64,000 bases of DNA, taken from Candidatus Micrarchaeota archaeon. GTDB lineage: Archaea; Micrarchaeota; Micrarchaeia; Micrarchaeales; CABMGC01. The notes under the pieces were generated by a model. It did no database searches and had not been told where the DNA came from. It saw nothing but the letters and a program-made list of their open reading frames with translations. Position numbers and translations under genes: made by a program. The stretch covers positions 22,170 through 86,169 of the forward strand of contig JAGWGW010000002.1 of NCBI GenBank assembly GCA_028867135.1. The letters are read 5' to 3'. Shown here piece by piece: positions 49,155-58,806 of this stretch; position 1 is the first letter of the stretch, and the number at the start of each line of letters is the position of its first letter.

Positions 49155-50893
49155 TGCGAATAGTTGAGTATGTAGTAGAGGCTTACGTTAGTGGCCTCGG
49201 AGCTAGGGATGCTGCCGGATACAATGCTTCTCGTCGCATAGCTTTTCAGTATCTGGCTGCACATGCCGCCATGGTTGGGAGGGACCGTGCACCAGTAGCC
49301 GTAATCGAATACATAACAGCTGTACCGCCTTGAGAAGTCGGTGAAGTTGCTGTCGCCTCCGTATATGTAGCCTATCTGGGCTGCGCTCCTGTTGACCTCT
49401 AGCCAGATGTCTGGAGTGAAGCTGAAGACAAGGCAGTTGTTGGGCACATGGCTGTAGTTGCCGTAGAAGAAGCTCATCGCAGGGTATATGACGTTCTGCT
49501 GGGGCATGTTCTGGGGCGCTATCGTTATTATGCCCAGATACTGCGAGATGGAAAGGCAGAGGAATGTAACCGTTACAAAGGAATAGATGGCAGTGAAGAT
49601 TACGCTCCGCTTGAGCGCGTTTTTATTGCGCAGCTTTCCCTGCACCAGGCCGTAAATAGCAGATATGATGCCGTAAAGCCCGACGCCTGCGAGTATCGCG
49701 ATCGCAGGATGCAGCTGGAGCATGAACCTTGCGTCGACCCCGTAGACCGCAGAGCCTGCATAGAAGAAGTCGTAGAAAAGCTCATAGAACAGTATCCACA
49801 TGAACAGGAGGGCTGATGAGATGCCTTTGCCCCTAATGCCCCTGTCCAGAATCAGGGTGATTATCCCTATCAGGGCCATTACAGAGAATGACAGCGGGAA
49901 CGATGCCGGATAGTAGGACTGCTGGTCGTAGTATCCTGACAGGTAGAGGAGATTGTCGCGTCCGTTGTGCATGAGGTTCTGTATCGAGAAGAGATGGTGC
50001 TGTGCGTCCTGTCCGAACTGCGGATTCGGCAGCTGGTAGGCTATGAAGAATATCTGCGGCGATATGACAAGGAAGAACGCAAGCAGGCAGAGCAGGGTTC
50101 CGGTGTCGTTTGAAGCAGACATGGCAGAGCCGTAAAACGATTTTAGCTTCCTGCGGAGCGACCCTTCGAAGGAGAGCAGGTACGCTATTATGAACAACGG
50201 TATCAGGAGTATGCCTTCAGTCCTCATGCCGACCGAAAGCGCAAGGGAGAACAGAAAGGCGAGCAGGCTTGCCCTGCTCCTGTTCCTTATGTATACGGCA
50301 AAGAGGAGCATTGAAAGGGTTGTGAGCGCCATGAAGCCAAGGTCGGGTGACGCCTGCACCCTCGACCATATGTAAAGCTCAGGCATTATCGCAAAGAGGG
50401 CTGTAGCGATGGGGCCTATTCGCTTGCCGAAAAGCGCGGACGAAAGGAGGAACACGAACAGCACCGCTAGGAAGCCGAAGAAGAGCGTTGTGGCAAATGA
50501 CGTTGCTGTGCCTATGCCGAACAGTGCGAATGCGATTGCTATGAAGAAGGAGAACTCCGCAGGGTCATGGTATATCAGTGTGGAGCCGCAGCTTGACACC
50601 ATTCCGGTGCCGTACTGGCACCATGTGGCATCGAAATGCTTCAGTATGTTTATCGCAATGCCCTGGTATATGTTCTCGTCAAAATAGAGCTGCTCTGCAG
50701 GATGCACCAGGAGAATCGAGACCATGAGGAAGAACGCAAGGGTGCCGATAAGCACCGCAAGGGAGTATCGGTCAACCCTTCCGCGGAGGGCGTCGTAGAT
50801 GCGCCTTCTTGAGAGGTATACGAATGCAAGAAGCCCGAGGAGAGCTGCAGTGTAGCCTAGGACAAGCAGATTTCCCAATATGTAGAACATCAA
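49151..50893 (-). CDS. GT-C (PMT/GT39-like) glycosyltransferase
   Basis: FDENIY loop after the N-terminal TMs, polytopic topology and an RF motif. Confidence 0.7.
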   Translation of the reverse strand: MMFYILGNLLVLGYTAALLGLLAFVYLSRRRIYDALRGRVDRYSLAVLIGTLAFFLMVSILLVHPAEQLYFDENIYQGIAINILKHFDATWCQYGTGMVSSCGSTLIYHDPAEFSFFIAIAFALFGIGTATSFATTLFFGFLAVLFVFLLSSALFGKRIGPIATALFAIMPELYIWSRVQASPDLGFMALTTLSMLLFAVYIRNRSRASLLAFLFSLALSVGMRTEGILLIPLFIIAYLLSFEGSLRRKLKSFYGSAMSASNDTGTLLCLLAFFLVISPQIFFIAYQLPNPQFGQDAQHHLFSIQNLMHNGRDNLLYLSGYYDQQSYYPASFPLSFSVMALIGIITLILDRGIRGKGISSALLFMWILFYELFYDFFYAGSAVYGVDARFMLQLHPAIAILAGVGLYGIISAIYGLVQGKLRNKNALKRSVIFTAIYSFVTVTFLCLSISQYLGIITIAPQNMPQQNVIYPAMSFFYGNYSHVPNNCLVFSFTPDIWLEVNRSAAQIGYIYGGDSNFTDFSRRYSCYVFDYGYWCTVPPNHGGMCSQILKSYATRSIVSGSIPSSEATNVSLYYILNYSH

Positions 50894-50936
50894 ATCCGAT
50901 GTTTTATTGGAAAGGAAGAAAAATAAAGCTAATTGC

Positions 50937-52418
50937 TTATCCTCTCAGCAGCTCCGGAACGCCATCCAGCGCCCTCATTATCGAGACGGTGTCCCCAGGA
51001 GCAACGTCCTGCTCCGGAGCCGCCCTGGCTATGACTCTCTTGCCAGAATGCATCTGCGCTACTACAAGCCTTACCACGTCGGGGGAGTCCTTTGCTGTTG
51101 CGTATGAAACAGTAGTCGACAGGACCGTAGCCATCAGCTGGCATGCGTGCTTGTCGATGACGGAGCCGAAAGGAGAACCGTTGTGCGACCCGTTCATTGA
51201 ATAGCTGATTTCCTGTGCGAACGCCGGATGGATTCTTTGCCTCTCATCCCCGTCCTTGCTAAGTACCGTGAATACGACCGAGTTTGCGAAGCCGCCAAGG
51301 CTTGCGAATGCTACATTCTGCACATTCTTGACCTGCCTCTCTCCTGCCTCGCCCCTGATCTGCATATACGCCTCAATCGCCTGCTTCAGCCCGGATACCG
51401 CTATGGGATGGCCGCATGATATGAGGCCGCCGCTGGTGTTTACAGGGATGTCCCCGTGTATCGACGTCCTGCCCTCAGACGCCGCAGTCCATGCTTCCCC
51501 GCCATTGAGTATTCCTGCAGCTATCATCTGCATCGGCTGCAGTATCGTCGACATGTCGTGCGCCTCGAATATGCTTATCTGGGCCGGGGTTATGCCTGCC
51601 AGAGCATAAGCCCTGGAAGATGCCTGCTCTACCGATGGCATGCTGACCAGGTCCTTCCTGGATGATATAAGCGCAGAGTCCGCTCCTAGTCCTATGCCCC
51701 TCACGAACACGGGATTGTCTGTGAAGCTCCTTGCAATCCCATTCGATGTGACGAGCAGGGCAGCTGCACCGTCAGCATTAGGGCAGAACTCGAAGCGCCT
51801 CAAAGGAGAGACTATCATCTTAGATTCTAGCACCTGCTCCAATGTCACTACGCCCTTCTCAAAATGGTAAGAGTTGGGATTCAGTGAGCCGTTGAACCTG
51901 TTCTGCACTGCAACGTTGGCTATGTCCTCTCTGCTTATTCCAAATTCTGAAATGCATGCCGTTGCCATCAGGCCTGCAAGCGATGGCAGCGTGAGCCCGG
52001 CAGCCCTCTCCTCCTCGAATAGAAGCGTGGATATCGCGGTTGTTATCTCCTTTGTAGGCATGTGTGTCATCTTCTCAGCGCCGACCACAAGCACTACGTC
52101 CGCATCCCCGCTCTTTATTATCATGTCCGCCTGGTGCAACGCTGTTGCCCCTGAGGCGCTGATGTTGTTTACCAGCTGCGAAGGCAGTTGCTCTAGCCCT
52201 ATCGCCTTTGCAATTTGCAGATGCACCCCGGATATGCCGTTGAACTCGGCCGCATAGCTGTTCGCTATGACCACCCTGATTCTGGATGCTGCCTCCCTGC
52301 CTTCAAATAAGGACTGGTGCCTGCCGATTACAGGCCTTGCGGCGTCTGCAGCAAGCTCAAGAAGGTTCTTCTCGCTCTTTCCGAATTTCGTTATGTTTGC
52401 ATCCACTATGGCTGACAT
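50937..52418 (-). CDS. Thiolase-like protein (catalytic Cys replaced by Ser) fused to an OB-fold/DUF35-like domain
   Basis: VNNISASG, VGAEKM, DGAAA, EAHD and NTSGG...GHP motifs; about 100 aa beta-rich C-terminal extension. Confidence 0.85.
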   Translation of the reverse strand: MSAIVDANITKFGKSEKNLLELAADAARPVIGRHQSLFEGREAASRIRVVIANSYAAEFNGISGVHLQIAKAIGLEQLPSQLVNNISASGATALHQADMIIKSGDADVVLVVGAEKMTHMPTKEITTAISTLLFEEERAAGLTLPSLAGLMATACISEFGISREDIANVAVQNRFNGSLNPNSYHFEKGVVTLEQVLESKMIVSPLRRFEFCPNADGAAALLVTSNGIARSFTDNPVFVRGIGLGADSALISSRKDLVSMPSVEQASSRAYALAGITPAQISIFEAHDMSTILQPMQMIAAGILNGGEAWTAASEGRTSIHGDIPVNTSGGLISCGHPIAVSGLKQAIEAYMQIRGEAGERQVKNVQNVAFASLGGFANSVVFTVLSKDGDERQRIHPAFAQEISYSMNGSHNGSPFGSVIDKHACQLMATVLSTTVSYATAKDSPDVVRLVVAQMHSGKRVIARAAPEQDVAPGDTVSIMRALDGVPELLRG

Positions 52419-52534
52419 AGAATCGTCAATGTCTTGAATGAGGTATGCACACCTTTAAATCTTGCATGCCCATCGGCAATGGACGAAGGGTTGCCTTCAG
52501 GAAACATATAAAGGAAGGTCAGTGATAGACAATT

Positions 52535-53005
52535 ATGGAGGAGAGGGTCGTAATCCTGCTGCTAGCTGTCGCGGCACTGTTCTCCGTAGTTTCCCTTGCC
52601 AGCTACCTGCCATCCTCCAGCAAAAGCCAGTGGCATTTTACAGTCGGGGGCAAGACGTATGCTGCAACTTACGCTGAGACAAACCAGGCTGGATGGGAGA
52701 GGGGGCTCATGAACCAGACTAACATATCCAACGGCACCTTTGCGCTTTTCGTGTTCAACAGGCACAGCATATGGCCGTTCTGGATGAAGAATACGTACGT
52801 GCCCTTGGATATAATATGGATAAACAACAGCAAGGTGGTGTACGTGGCGAATGCCGTGCCCTGCATACAGTACGACAAGAACCAGAGCGACTGCACCCTG
52901 TACGTGCCTACCAATGCCTCCAATTACGCAATAGAGGCGCGCTCAGGGTTCGCTGCCATGAACAACATCACAATAGGCAGCGAGATAAGCATAGGCAAGA
53001 ATTAG
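52535..53005 (+). CDS. DUF192 family protein
   Basis: RGLM, FWMKNT..PLDIIWI and YAIE..SG motifs. Confidence 0.93.
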   Translation: MEERVVILLLAVAALFSVVSLASYLPSSSKSQWHFTVGGKTYAATYAETNQAGWERGLMNQTNISNGTFALFVFNRHSIWPFWMKNTYVPLDIIWINNSKVVYVANAVPCIQYDKNQSDCTLYVPTNASNYAIEARSGFAAMNNITIGSEISIGKN

Positions 53006-54628
53006 CTACATGCTTTTGAGTTTCTCTGCGCCGCTTTTCATGAACTGCGAGAAGCCCATCACCTCCACTCCGTTCAGGGCTTTGTACCCGTACACCTGCG
53101 CATCGTTCACAACGACCATTATAGCTTCGTACCTTCTCTTCCTGTTCTCGAGCATTCTCGCAGTCTCTTCAATCTGCTTCATTCCTGTCTCATACTCGAT
53201 TGCTATCCTCTTGCCGGTCCTTGCTATTATGTCAGGCCCGTATGAGCTGTCGTACACGCTGTTCTGGAGCTTGTTGTCCTTCAGGTATTTGCTTATTATC
53301 CTTACCCTTATCTCGTGCTCGGGAGAGTTCCTCGGCATGTAGACATACCATGCGCCATCGTATATCGAGCCTGCACTTATGACATGCGAACCGAGAGTCT
53401 TGTCAGCCACCAGCCTTTGGATCGTGTCGCGGATCTCCTGTTGCAAGGCGCCCCTTTTCTCCAGTTCAGCGACCAGTTCAGACTCTCTTATGCACTCCCG
53501 TGAAAGGCTGCTGATCATGTACTTTGCATTGACCGAATTCTCATCGCACCTGAAGAATGTCGCGACGAAAGGCTCGTGCTCCTTTGAGTCGAGCACCATC
53601 GCCTGGCCTCTCCTGAGATGCCTGATCCCCTTCTTGACCTCTGCAAACCTGTTCAGTTCGTTTCCTCCAGCAATCAGGTTTGCGATGTAGTTCAGCTCCT
53701 CAGGTTCTCTCTGGTAGAAGGTGATGAAGAGCGACGAGTTGCTCCTTAGACTCTTGCTTATCGACTTTGCCCTCTGGGATATCGCTATTATCCCTATGCC
53801 GTACTTCCTGCCTTCCGCGGCCAGCTTCCCGAGCATCTTCGATTCCGATACCTTCTCGGCCTCGTCTATCAGTATGTAGAGCAATGGCTTTGAGGACTTC
53901 TCCGATGAGAGCATGCTTGAGTAGACCTTCCTAAGGAATGCCTCTATGTAGACAGCCTGCGCTTCGGGCGTATGCAGGCTTCCAAGAAGGAAGATGCTGT
54001 TTCCCTCCAGGAGCCTGTCCATCTGCACGTTCCTCGAGCTCCTGCCGTTCTCTATCAGCGAGAGTCTTCTCTCCAGCCCCTCAAGCACCGAATGCTCGGA
54101 CTTTCCGGCATGGGCCTTGAAGACCTTTACGGAATACATCAGGTCCCTTATCGTAGGCACCCTGTTCCTCTGGCCCATTATGTAATACGAATATGAGATG
54201 CACCTGTAGAGCGTATATGCCTGCACGTCCCCAAGCCTGAAGACCTTCCTGAAAAGAGCCGTCAGCTCGCTTGTTTTCTCCTTGACATCCATGCCGTCAA
54301 GGTCCAAAACGTTCATGCCGTCGTAGCGAGCGTCGTATATGTCAGCGCCTATCCTGCCTGCGATGCCTATGTACTCGTTGTGGGGATCGAGTATCGCGAC
54401 CTTCGCGCCTTCGCTTGCAAGGCAGCTCGCTATCAGCTTGCTGAGATTGGACTTGCCGCTTCCTGATTCGCCGACAATCACCATGTGGGGATTGATGCCT
54501 GTTGCGTCTATTCTCATCTTCCTGAAGAACTGCCTTTTCCACCGCCAGCTTCTCTTGTAAGAGTACAATCCCTTTATCGAGAGCCTTTTGTCTATCTTTC
54601 CTATCGCAATTTTGTTGTTTTCGAACAT
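53006..54628 (-). CDS. HerA/VirB4-like (DUF87) ATPase with C-terminal PD-(D/E)xK-like nuclease domain
   Basis: GESGSGKS, LDPHNEY, IDEAE, EGRKYG and SQR motifs; C-terminal GPDII...IAIEYETG. Confidence 0.85.
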   Translation of the reverse strand: MFENNKIAIGKIDKRLSIKGLYSYKRSWRWKRQFFRKMRIDATGINPHMVIVGESGSGKSNLSKLIASCLASEGAKVAILDPHNEYIGIAGRIGADIYDARYDGMNVLDLDGMDVKEKTSELTALFRKVFRLGDVQAYTLYRCISYSYYIMGQRNRVPTIRDLMYSVKVFKAHAGKSEHSVLEGLERRLSLIENGRSSRNVQMDRLLEGNSIFLLGSLHTPEAQAVYIEAFLRKVYSSMLSSEKSSKPLLYILIDEAEKVSESKMLGKLAAEGRKYGIGIIAISQRAKSISKSLRSNSSLFITFYQREPEELNYIANLIAGGNELNRFAEVKKGIRHLRRGQAMVLDSKEHEPFVATFFRCDENSVNAKYMISSLSRECIRESELVAELEKRGALQQEIRDTIQRLVADKTLGSHVISAGSIYDGAWYVYMPRNSPEHEIRVRIISKYLKDNKLQNSVYDSSYGPDIIARTGKRIAIEYETGMKQIEETARMLENRKRRYEAIMVVVNDAQVYGYKALNGVEVMGFSQFMKSGAEKLKSM

Positions 54629-54675
54629 AAAACCATCTTTTTCTGCTTCGGCCGAACATACAGCAATGCATAAAT

Positions 54676-55392
54676 ATGAGGAAAAGAGAGCCATTCCTTA
54701 TGGCATCTAGGGAAATGGCACTGTCCGCACTGGCTGGCAGGGAGAGGATGCTTGACGACGTATCAAGGATCGCAAGGTGCGCGGCGAGGGCATGCGAGCA
54801 CATCAGGGATACTACAAGGGGCATGGCGCACAGCTCCTTTGCGGTATTCACGAGCGCCCCGCTGTTCTATCTCTATTCAGCAAGCAAGGACGCCAAGTTC
54901 ATGGCAGCTAGCGTTATCGTGGGAGGCATAGGCGCGACGGGTATGATGAATTCCGTATACAACGCAGTGATCGCTGCCAAGGAGGTGAGGCTCGTAGGGA
55001 AAAGCGCAGAGAAGGCGGGGGTGGCTCTGGTGGTTGTTAAGAATGCGCTGACAAGCTATGATTACGGCATTGCGAACAAACAGATGAAGGAGCTTGACGA
55101 CCAGGTCAAATCCCTGCGAATGCTTGGCGGCAAACTCACCGAATTCGCAGTAACCAGCACCCTGGGGACATTGGCGATGGGGCTTTCCGTCTATTGCGCA
55201 GAGCTTTATAGGATGCATCCTAGCTTCAACGAGGTCACGGGAGCGGGATACGGCTTCGTCTTCGGGACCCTTGCGCTCCAGACCGGCTATTTTGGAGGCT
55301 TGTACCTCGAATCGAGGATATCCCAGACCATGGAGGGCTTCAAGAGCATTGTCAGAGGCAGGGAGGGGATAAACTCTACTGTCTCAAAATAA
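54676..55392 (+). CDS. Hypothetical membrane protein
   Basis: Gly/Ala-rich hydrophobic helices; no recognisable family. Confidence 0.6.
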   Translation: MRKREPFLMASREMALSALAGRERMLDDVSRIARCAARACEHIRDTTRGMAHSSFAVFTSAPLFYLYSASKDAKFMAASVIVGGIGATGMMNSVYNAVIAAKEVRLVGKSAEKAGVALVVVKNALTSYDYGIANKQMKELDDQVKSLRMLGGKLTEFAVTSTLGTLAMGLSVYCAELYRMHPSFNEVTGAGYGFVFGTLALQTGYFGGLYLESRISQTMEGFKSIVRGREGINSTVSK

Positions 55393-55453
55393 CAAAATTC
55401 GTCAATAAACATACCGAAATCGGCTTGTTTAAATATGAGCCATCTCATGTTGT

Positions 55454-55978
55454 ATGAGCATGAACGTACAAAGCACTAATAGGGCATTATCTGGAGAGAA
55501 GGCACGCAACGTAATCGACATCAACATAAGGGATTTGAAGAGGGCAGTAAGGAACCGTTCAGTAGTTTCCACTCTTGGTTCTGTAGCTTCAACAGCAGGT
55601 TTCGCGATGATGGACCTGCATTTCTCAAGATATGGGAATATGCCAAGTCTTAAGGACATCGGCATCTACGGCGGTGCAAGTGCTGCGTCTGGATTGATTG
55701 CCGCAACCGTTTCTGCAGTATCCGCGAGTAGCCTGAGGGGGAAGGTGCATGGAACTGTAGAGGGGCTGAAGAGGAGGACTGGGACTGTAATGGCAGGAGT
55801 GATGATGAGCGGAATGGGGGCAGCGTTCTTCGACGGCTCGAGCAACGTGCCTTACTCGAATCCTGCGTTCCATATTGCCGCTGCCGGGCTTACTGCCGGA
55901 GGAGTGGCGATAACCGCAGTTAACGTGCTTACACTGAAGAAGTTTCATGAGAGGATCCGCAACGCCAGAAGGATGTAG
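55454..55978 (+). CDS. Hypothetical membrane protein
   Basis: About four Gly/Ala/Ser-rich hydrophobic helices; upstream TTTAAATA. Confidence 0.6.
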   Translation: MSMNVQSTNRALSGEKARNVIDINIRDLKRAVRNRSVVSTLGSVASTAGFAMMDLHFSRYGNMPSLKDIGIYGGASAASGLIAATVSAVSASSLRGKVHGTVEGLKRRTGTVMAGVMMSGMGAAFFDGSSNVPYSNPAFHIAAAGLTAGGVAITAVNVLTLKKFHERIRNARRM

Positions 55979-56809
55979 TCATTTCAACGATTCGTAGATC
56001 TTGATTACGCTCCTGAGCTCTTCGCCTTCATCCAGGCCTGCTCTTGAAGGAGTTTCAAGAATCAGCGGCTTCGCAGGTATCTTGTCGTACGACAGGAACT
56101 TCCTGAAGCCTGCTATTCCTATGTGGCCGTATCCTATGTTGTCGTGCCTGTCAAGCCTCGACCCCAGCGGCTTCTTGCTGTCGTTGAAGTGTATGGCATG
56201 GACCTTGTCCCATCCAAGTTCGTCATCTATGTTCTCCAGCACGCTCCTTCTGGTTATGTCGTAGCCGGCGGCATAGAGATGGCAGGTGTCAAGGCAGAAG
56301 CCTATGCCCTTTGAGTGCGCATTCTCGTATATGTATGAAAGATCGCTGATGTCTGCACCTACCGCATTCATGTGACCTGACTCGTTCTCGAGAAGGAGCC
56401 TCGTGCTCCCCATCTCTTGCTCTGCCATCGATATCGCCTTCAGGATGTTGTCCAGCCCCCTGTGCCTTCCCATCCCCATGTGGCTCCCCATGTGCGCAAC
56501 AAGGTACCCTATCCCAAGATCGTTGCATTTTGCGAGGTTCTCCATTAGGGCATTGACAGACTTCTTGAATATTAGCGGATTTGAGGATGCGATGTTGGGG
56601 AGATACGGCATGTGCGCAACGACCTCTATGCCTGTGCCTGACTGCTTTTGCAGGAACCTTTCCTTTTCGTCCCTGGCGACCTTCCTGCTTGCCCACCCTC
56701 TCGGATTCGTGATGAATATCTGCATTGCGGTGCATCCGAGCGCGCTTGCCCTGTCGAACGCAAGGTCCATGCTCTTTGCTATAGACACATGGTAACCTAT
56801 CCTGAGCAT
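55979..56809 (-). CDS. nfo: Endonuclease IV
   Basis: IGYHVS, HMPYLPN, LLEN, CLDTCH, HFNDSK...DRH and ILETP motifs. Confidence 0.96.
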   Translation of the reverse strand: MLRIGYHVSIAKSMDLAFDRASALGCTAMQIFITNPRGWASRKVARDEKERFLQKQSGTGIEVVAHMPYLPNIASSNPLIFKKSVNALMENLAKCNDLGIGYLVAHMGSHMGMGRHRGLDNILKAISMAEQEMGSTRLLLENESGHMNAVGADISDLSYIYENAHSKGIGFCLDTCHLYAAGYDITRRSVLENIDDELGWDKVHAIHFNDSKKPLGSRLDRHDNIGYGHIGIAGFRKFLSYDKIPAKPLILETPSRAGLDEGEELRSVIKIYESLK

Positions 56810-56871
56810 AAAAACGACTGAATGAATCTGCATTTGAAGTATTATAATTTTTGCCGTCGACCTGATTGTTT

Positions 56872-57741
56872 ATGAGGGGAATGTGCAAGTCACAGTCCGC
56901 AATGGAGTATCTGATGACGTATGGATGGACCATACTCGCGATCGCGATTGTGATGGTTTCGCTCTACAGCCTCGGCATATTCAACCTCCAGAGCCTTGCG
57001 CCAACTGCGACACCCGGCTCATGCCAAGTCATAAGGACGGCGGCGCAGACCAGCCTTGCTGGGCAGTGCAATAACATGATACCAAAGTATGCGGGTAAAT
57101 TTAATGGCCAGAACAGTTATGTTGGTGTAAACGGCATGACGTTTGGGACTGGGGCGCCGTTTACCGTGCTTGTCTGGGCTAACGTAATGAACAATGCAAC
57201 ATACAGGGGCATTGTGAGCAAGACTGCGGGGAACCTGCCTGCGCCTTTCGACGTATATGTCATTTCGCAGACCAATCAGATATCCTACCTGGTTGGCAAT
57301 GGAAATAGCAATCAGGGCATCAGCACGGCCAGCGGCACTGTCGTGTTTAACACCTGGCAGCAATGGGCGTTCGTATACACTGGAATTGCGATGTCGGTTT
57401 ACAGAAACGGGGTTTTAATCTCGGGTCCTACGACCGTGTCCGTACTGGTTGCAGATACTGGCCAGCCGCTTAAAATCGGGAACAGAAACGATGGCGTAAC
57501 CAAAATGTACGGTTCCATCGCCAATGTCCAGATTTACAACACCTCCCTTGACAATACTACGATAAAGAGGCTATATCAGGAAGGTATAGGCGGGGCTCCG
57601 GTAGACCTGCAGCATCTTGTAGGGTGGTGGCCATTGAATGGCGATGCGAATGATTACTCGGGGAGCTTTAGGAATGGGATGCCTGCAAACGTGACATGGA
57701 ACGCGAACTGGCAGAGCGGATACGCTGCGCCGACAACATAG
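56872..57741 (+). CDS. Class III signal (pilin-like) LamG-domain surface protein, copy 3
   Basis: KSQSAMEYLMTYGW N-terminus, LamG core and conserved WWPLNG...WNANWQSGY tail. Confidence 0.88.
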   Translation: MRGMCKSQSAMEYLMTYGWTILAIAIVMVSLYSLGIFNLQSLAPTATPGSCQVIRTAAQTSLAGQCNNMIPKYAGKFNGQNSYVGVNGMTFGTGAPFTVLVWANVMNNATYRGIVSKTAGNLPAPFDVYVISQTNQISYLVGNGNSNQGISTASGTVVFNTWQQWAFVYTGIAMSVYRNGVLISGPTTVSVLVADTGQPLKIGNRNDGVTKMYGSIANVQIYNTSLDNTTIKRLYQEGIGGAPVDLQHLVGWWPLNGDANDYSGSFRNGMPANVTWNANWQSGYAAPTT

Positions 57742-57783
57742 GATACGGCCCGCAGGACGGATGTTATTTTCCTGCTTCTGCCG

Positions 57784-58326
57784 CTAGCCTTTCCCGAGGG
57801 CCTGATTCAGAAGCGTCATCTCGCTTTCCGTAAGGGCCTCGTTCTCCCTGAACTTCTTGCTTGACAGGATGTACTTGAGCGCCTCTATTCTCTGCTCGTT
57901 AGTCATGCCCTTCTTCAGCAGCTGCAACGGGTCCTTTACTGCAGGGTAATTGCCCGTTTCCTCGGCCCATGATTCGAATACATGGCTCATGGCCATAAGG
58001 AAATCTATGGCATCCATCGCCATCACCAGCTTCTTCAGCTCCTCTATCCTTGAGAGCTCGCTGGGGTCCTTCGTATCCTTGCCAAGGTATGAAGCGTACT
58101 GCGACTTTATCTGCTCCTTGTTCGCGAGCATGTTGTTTATTATGAACATGTCCTTCTGCAATTCCTCCGACTTGTCCATCAGCACAGGCACGTATCCCCG
58201 TATGTCTATCCTCTTCTCGTTTATCTGCTCGTGGAGTATGTCTATCGCTTCGAGTATCAGCTCGTCCTTAGCCTTTGTGAGCATGTCCTCGCAGAGCATC
58301 CACGCCGGCGTATCGTCGCTGTTCAT
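57784..58326 (-). CDS. Hypothetical helical protein
   Basis: 180-aa ORF with codon usage like neighbouring host genes. Confidence 0.7.
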   Translation of the reverse strand: MNSDDTPAWMLCEDMLTKAKDELILEAIDILHEQINEKRIDIRGYVPVLMDKSEELQKDMFIINNMLANKEQIKSQYASYLGKDTKDPSELSRIEELKKLVMAMDAIDFLMAMSHVFESWAEETGNYPAVKDPLQLLKKGMTNEQRIEALKYILSSKKFRENEALTESEMTLLNQALGKG

Positions 58327-58365
58327 GCAGATTTCTATAAGGAATAGCGATTAAGGTATATATAT

Positions 58366-58581
58366 TCAGTCCGCTGCACGGGGCATCATCCTGATGTCGA
58401 TGTGGAATATGTCTTCGGCATGCATCCTGTTCGAGACGTCGATGAGCTCCAGCCCGAGAATGCCGCTCGTATGGTCGTAATCCAGCATCGTTTCGTTGCC
58501 GAGCTTCATGGTTTTGGAGAACTTGCCCCTCTTTATCGAGATGTACATGATGTCGGCCTGCGGGTCGAAGCTTATCTCCAT
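58366..58581 (-). CDS. DUF2283 family protein (putative antitoxin)
   Basis: FDPQADIMYI...LDYD..GILGLELIDVS. Confidence 0.88.
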   Translation of the reverse strand: MEISFDPQADIMYISIKRGKFSKTMKLGNETMLDYDHTSGILGLELIDVSNRMHAEDIFHIDIRMMPRAAD

Positions 58582-58806
58582 TCATTCGCCCGGATACGCG
58601 GTCAATACTGTCACCTTTCCTTCCTTCTCGGTATACAGGACGCTAATCCTTCCAACGTCGGTATTTCCGGTGGCCTTGTACCTGTCGCCCCTTGAGGCGA
58701 CGACCTTGTCAGGCTTTAGGATCGCCTGTTCCACTGCGCCTATGGTAAGGCCTCTCGCGATGATCCTTGCCAGGGCGTTGTTGGTATACGCAATCTTCTT
58801 GTCCAT
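58582..58806 (-). CDS. DUF4258/RelE-like putative toxin
   Basis: YT..A..R...RG.....VE.AI..PD...VLTAY pattern; abuts the DUF2283 gene. Confidence 0.75.
   Translation of the reverse strand: MDKKIAYTNNALARIIARGLTIGAVEQAILKPDKVVASRGDRYKATGNTDVGRISVLYTEKEGKVTVLTAYPGE

Noticed and set aside
25690-57741. Diversity-generating retroelement acting on the pilin-LamG genes; roughly 15-16 kb spacing of the copies
   Set aside because: No reverse transcriptase and no TR/VR pair with adenine-specific mismatches; three points are too few to claim periodicity.
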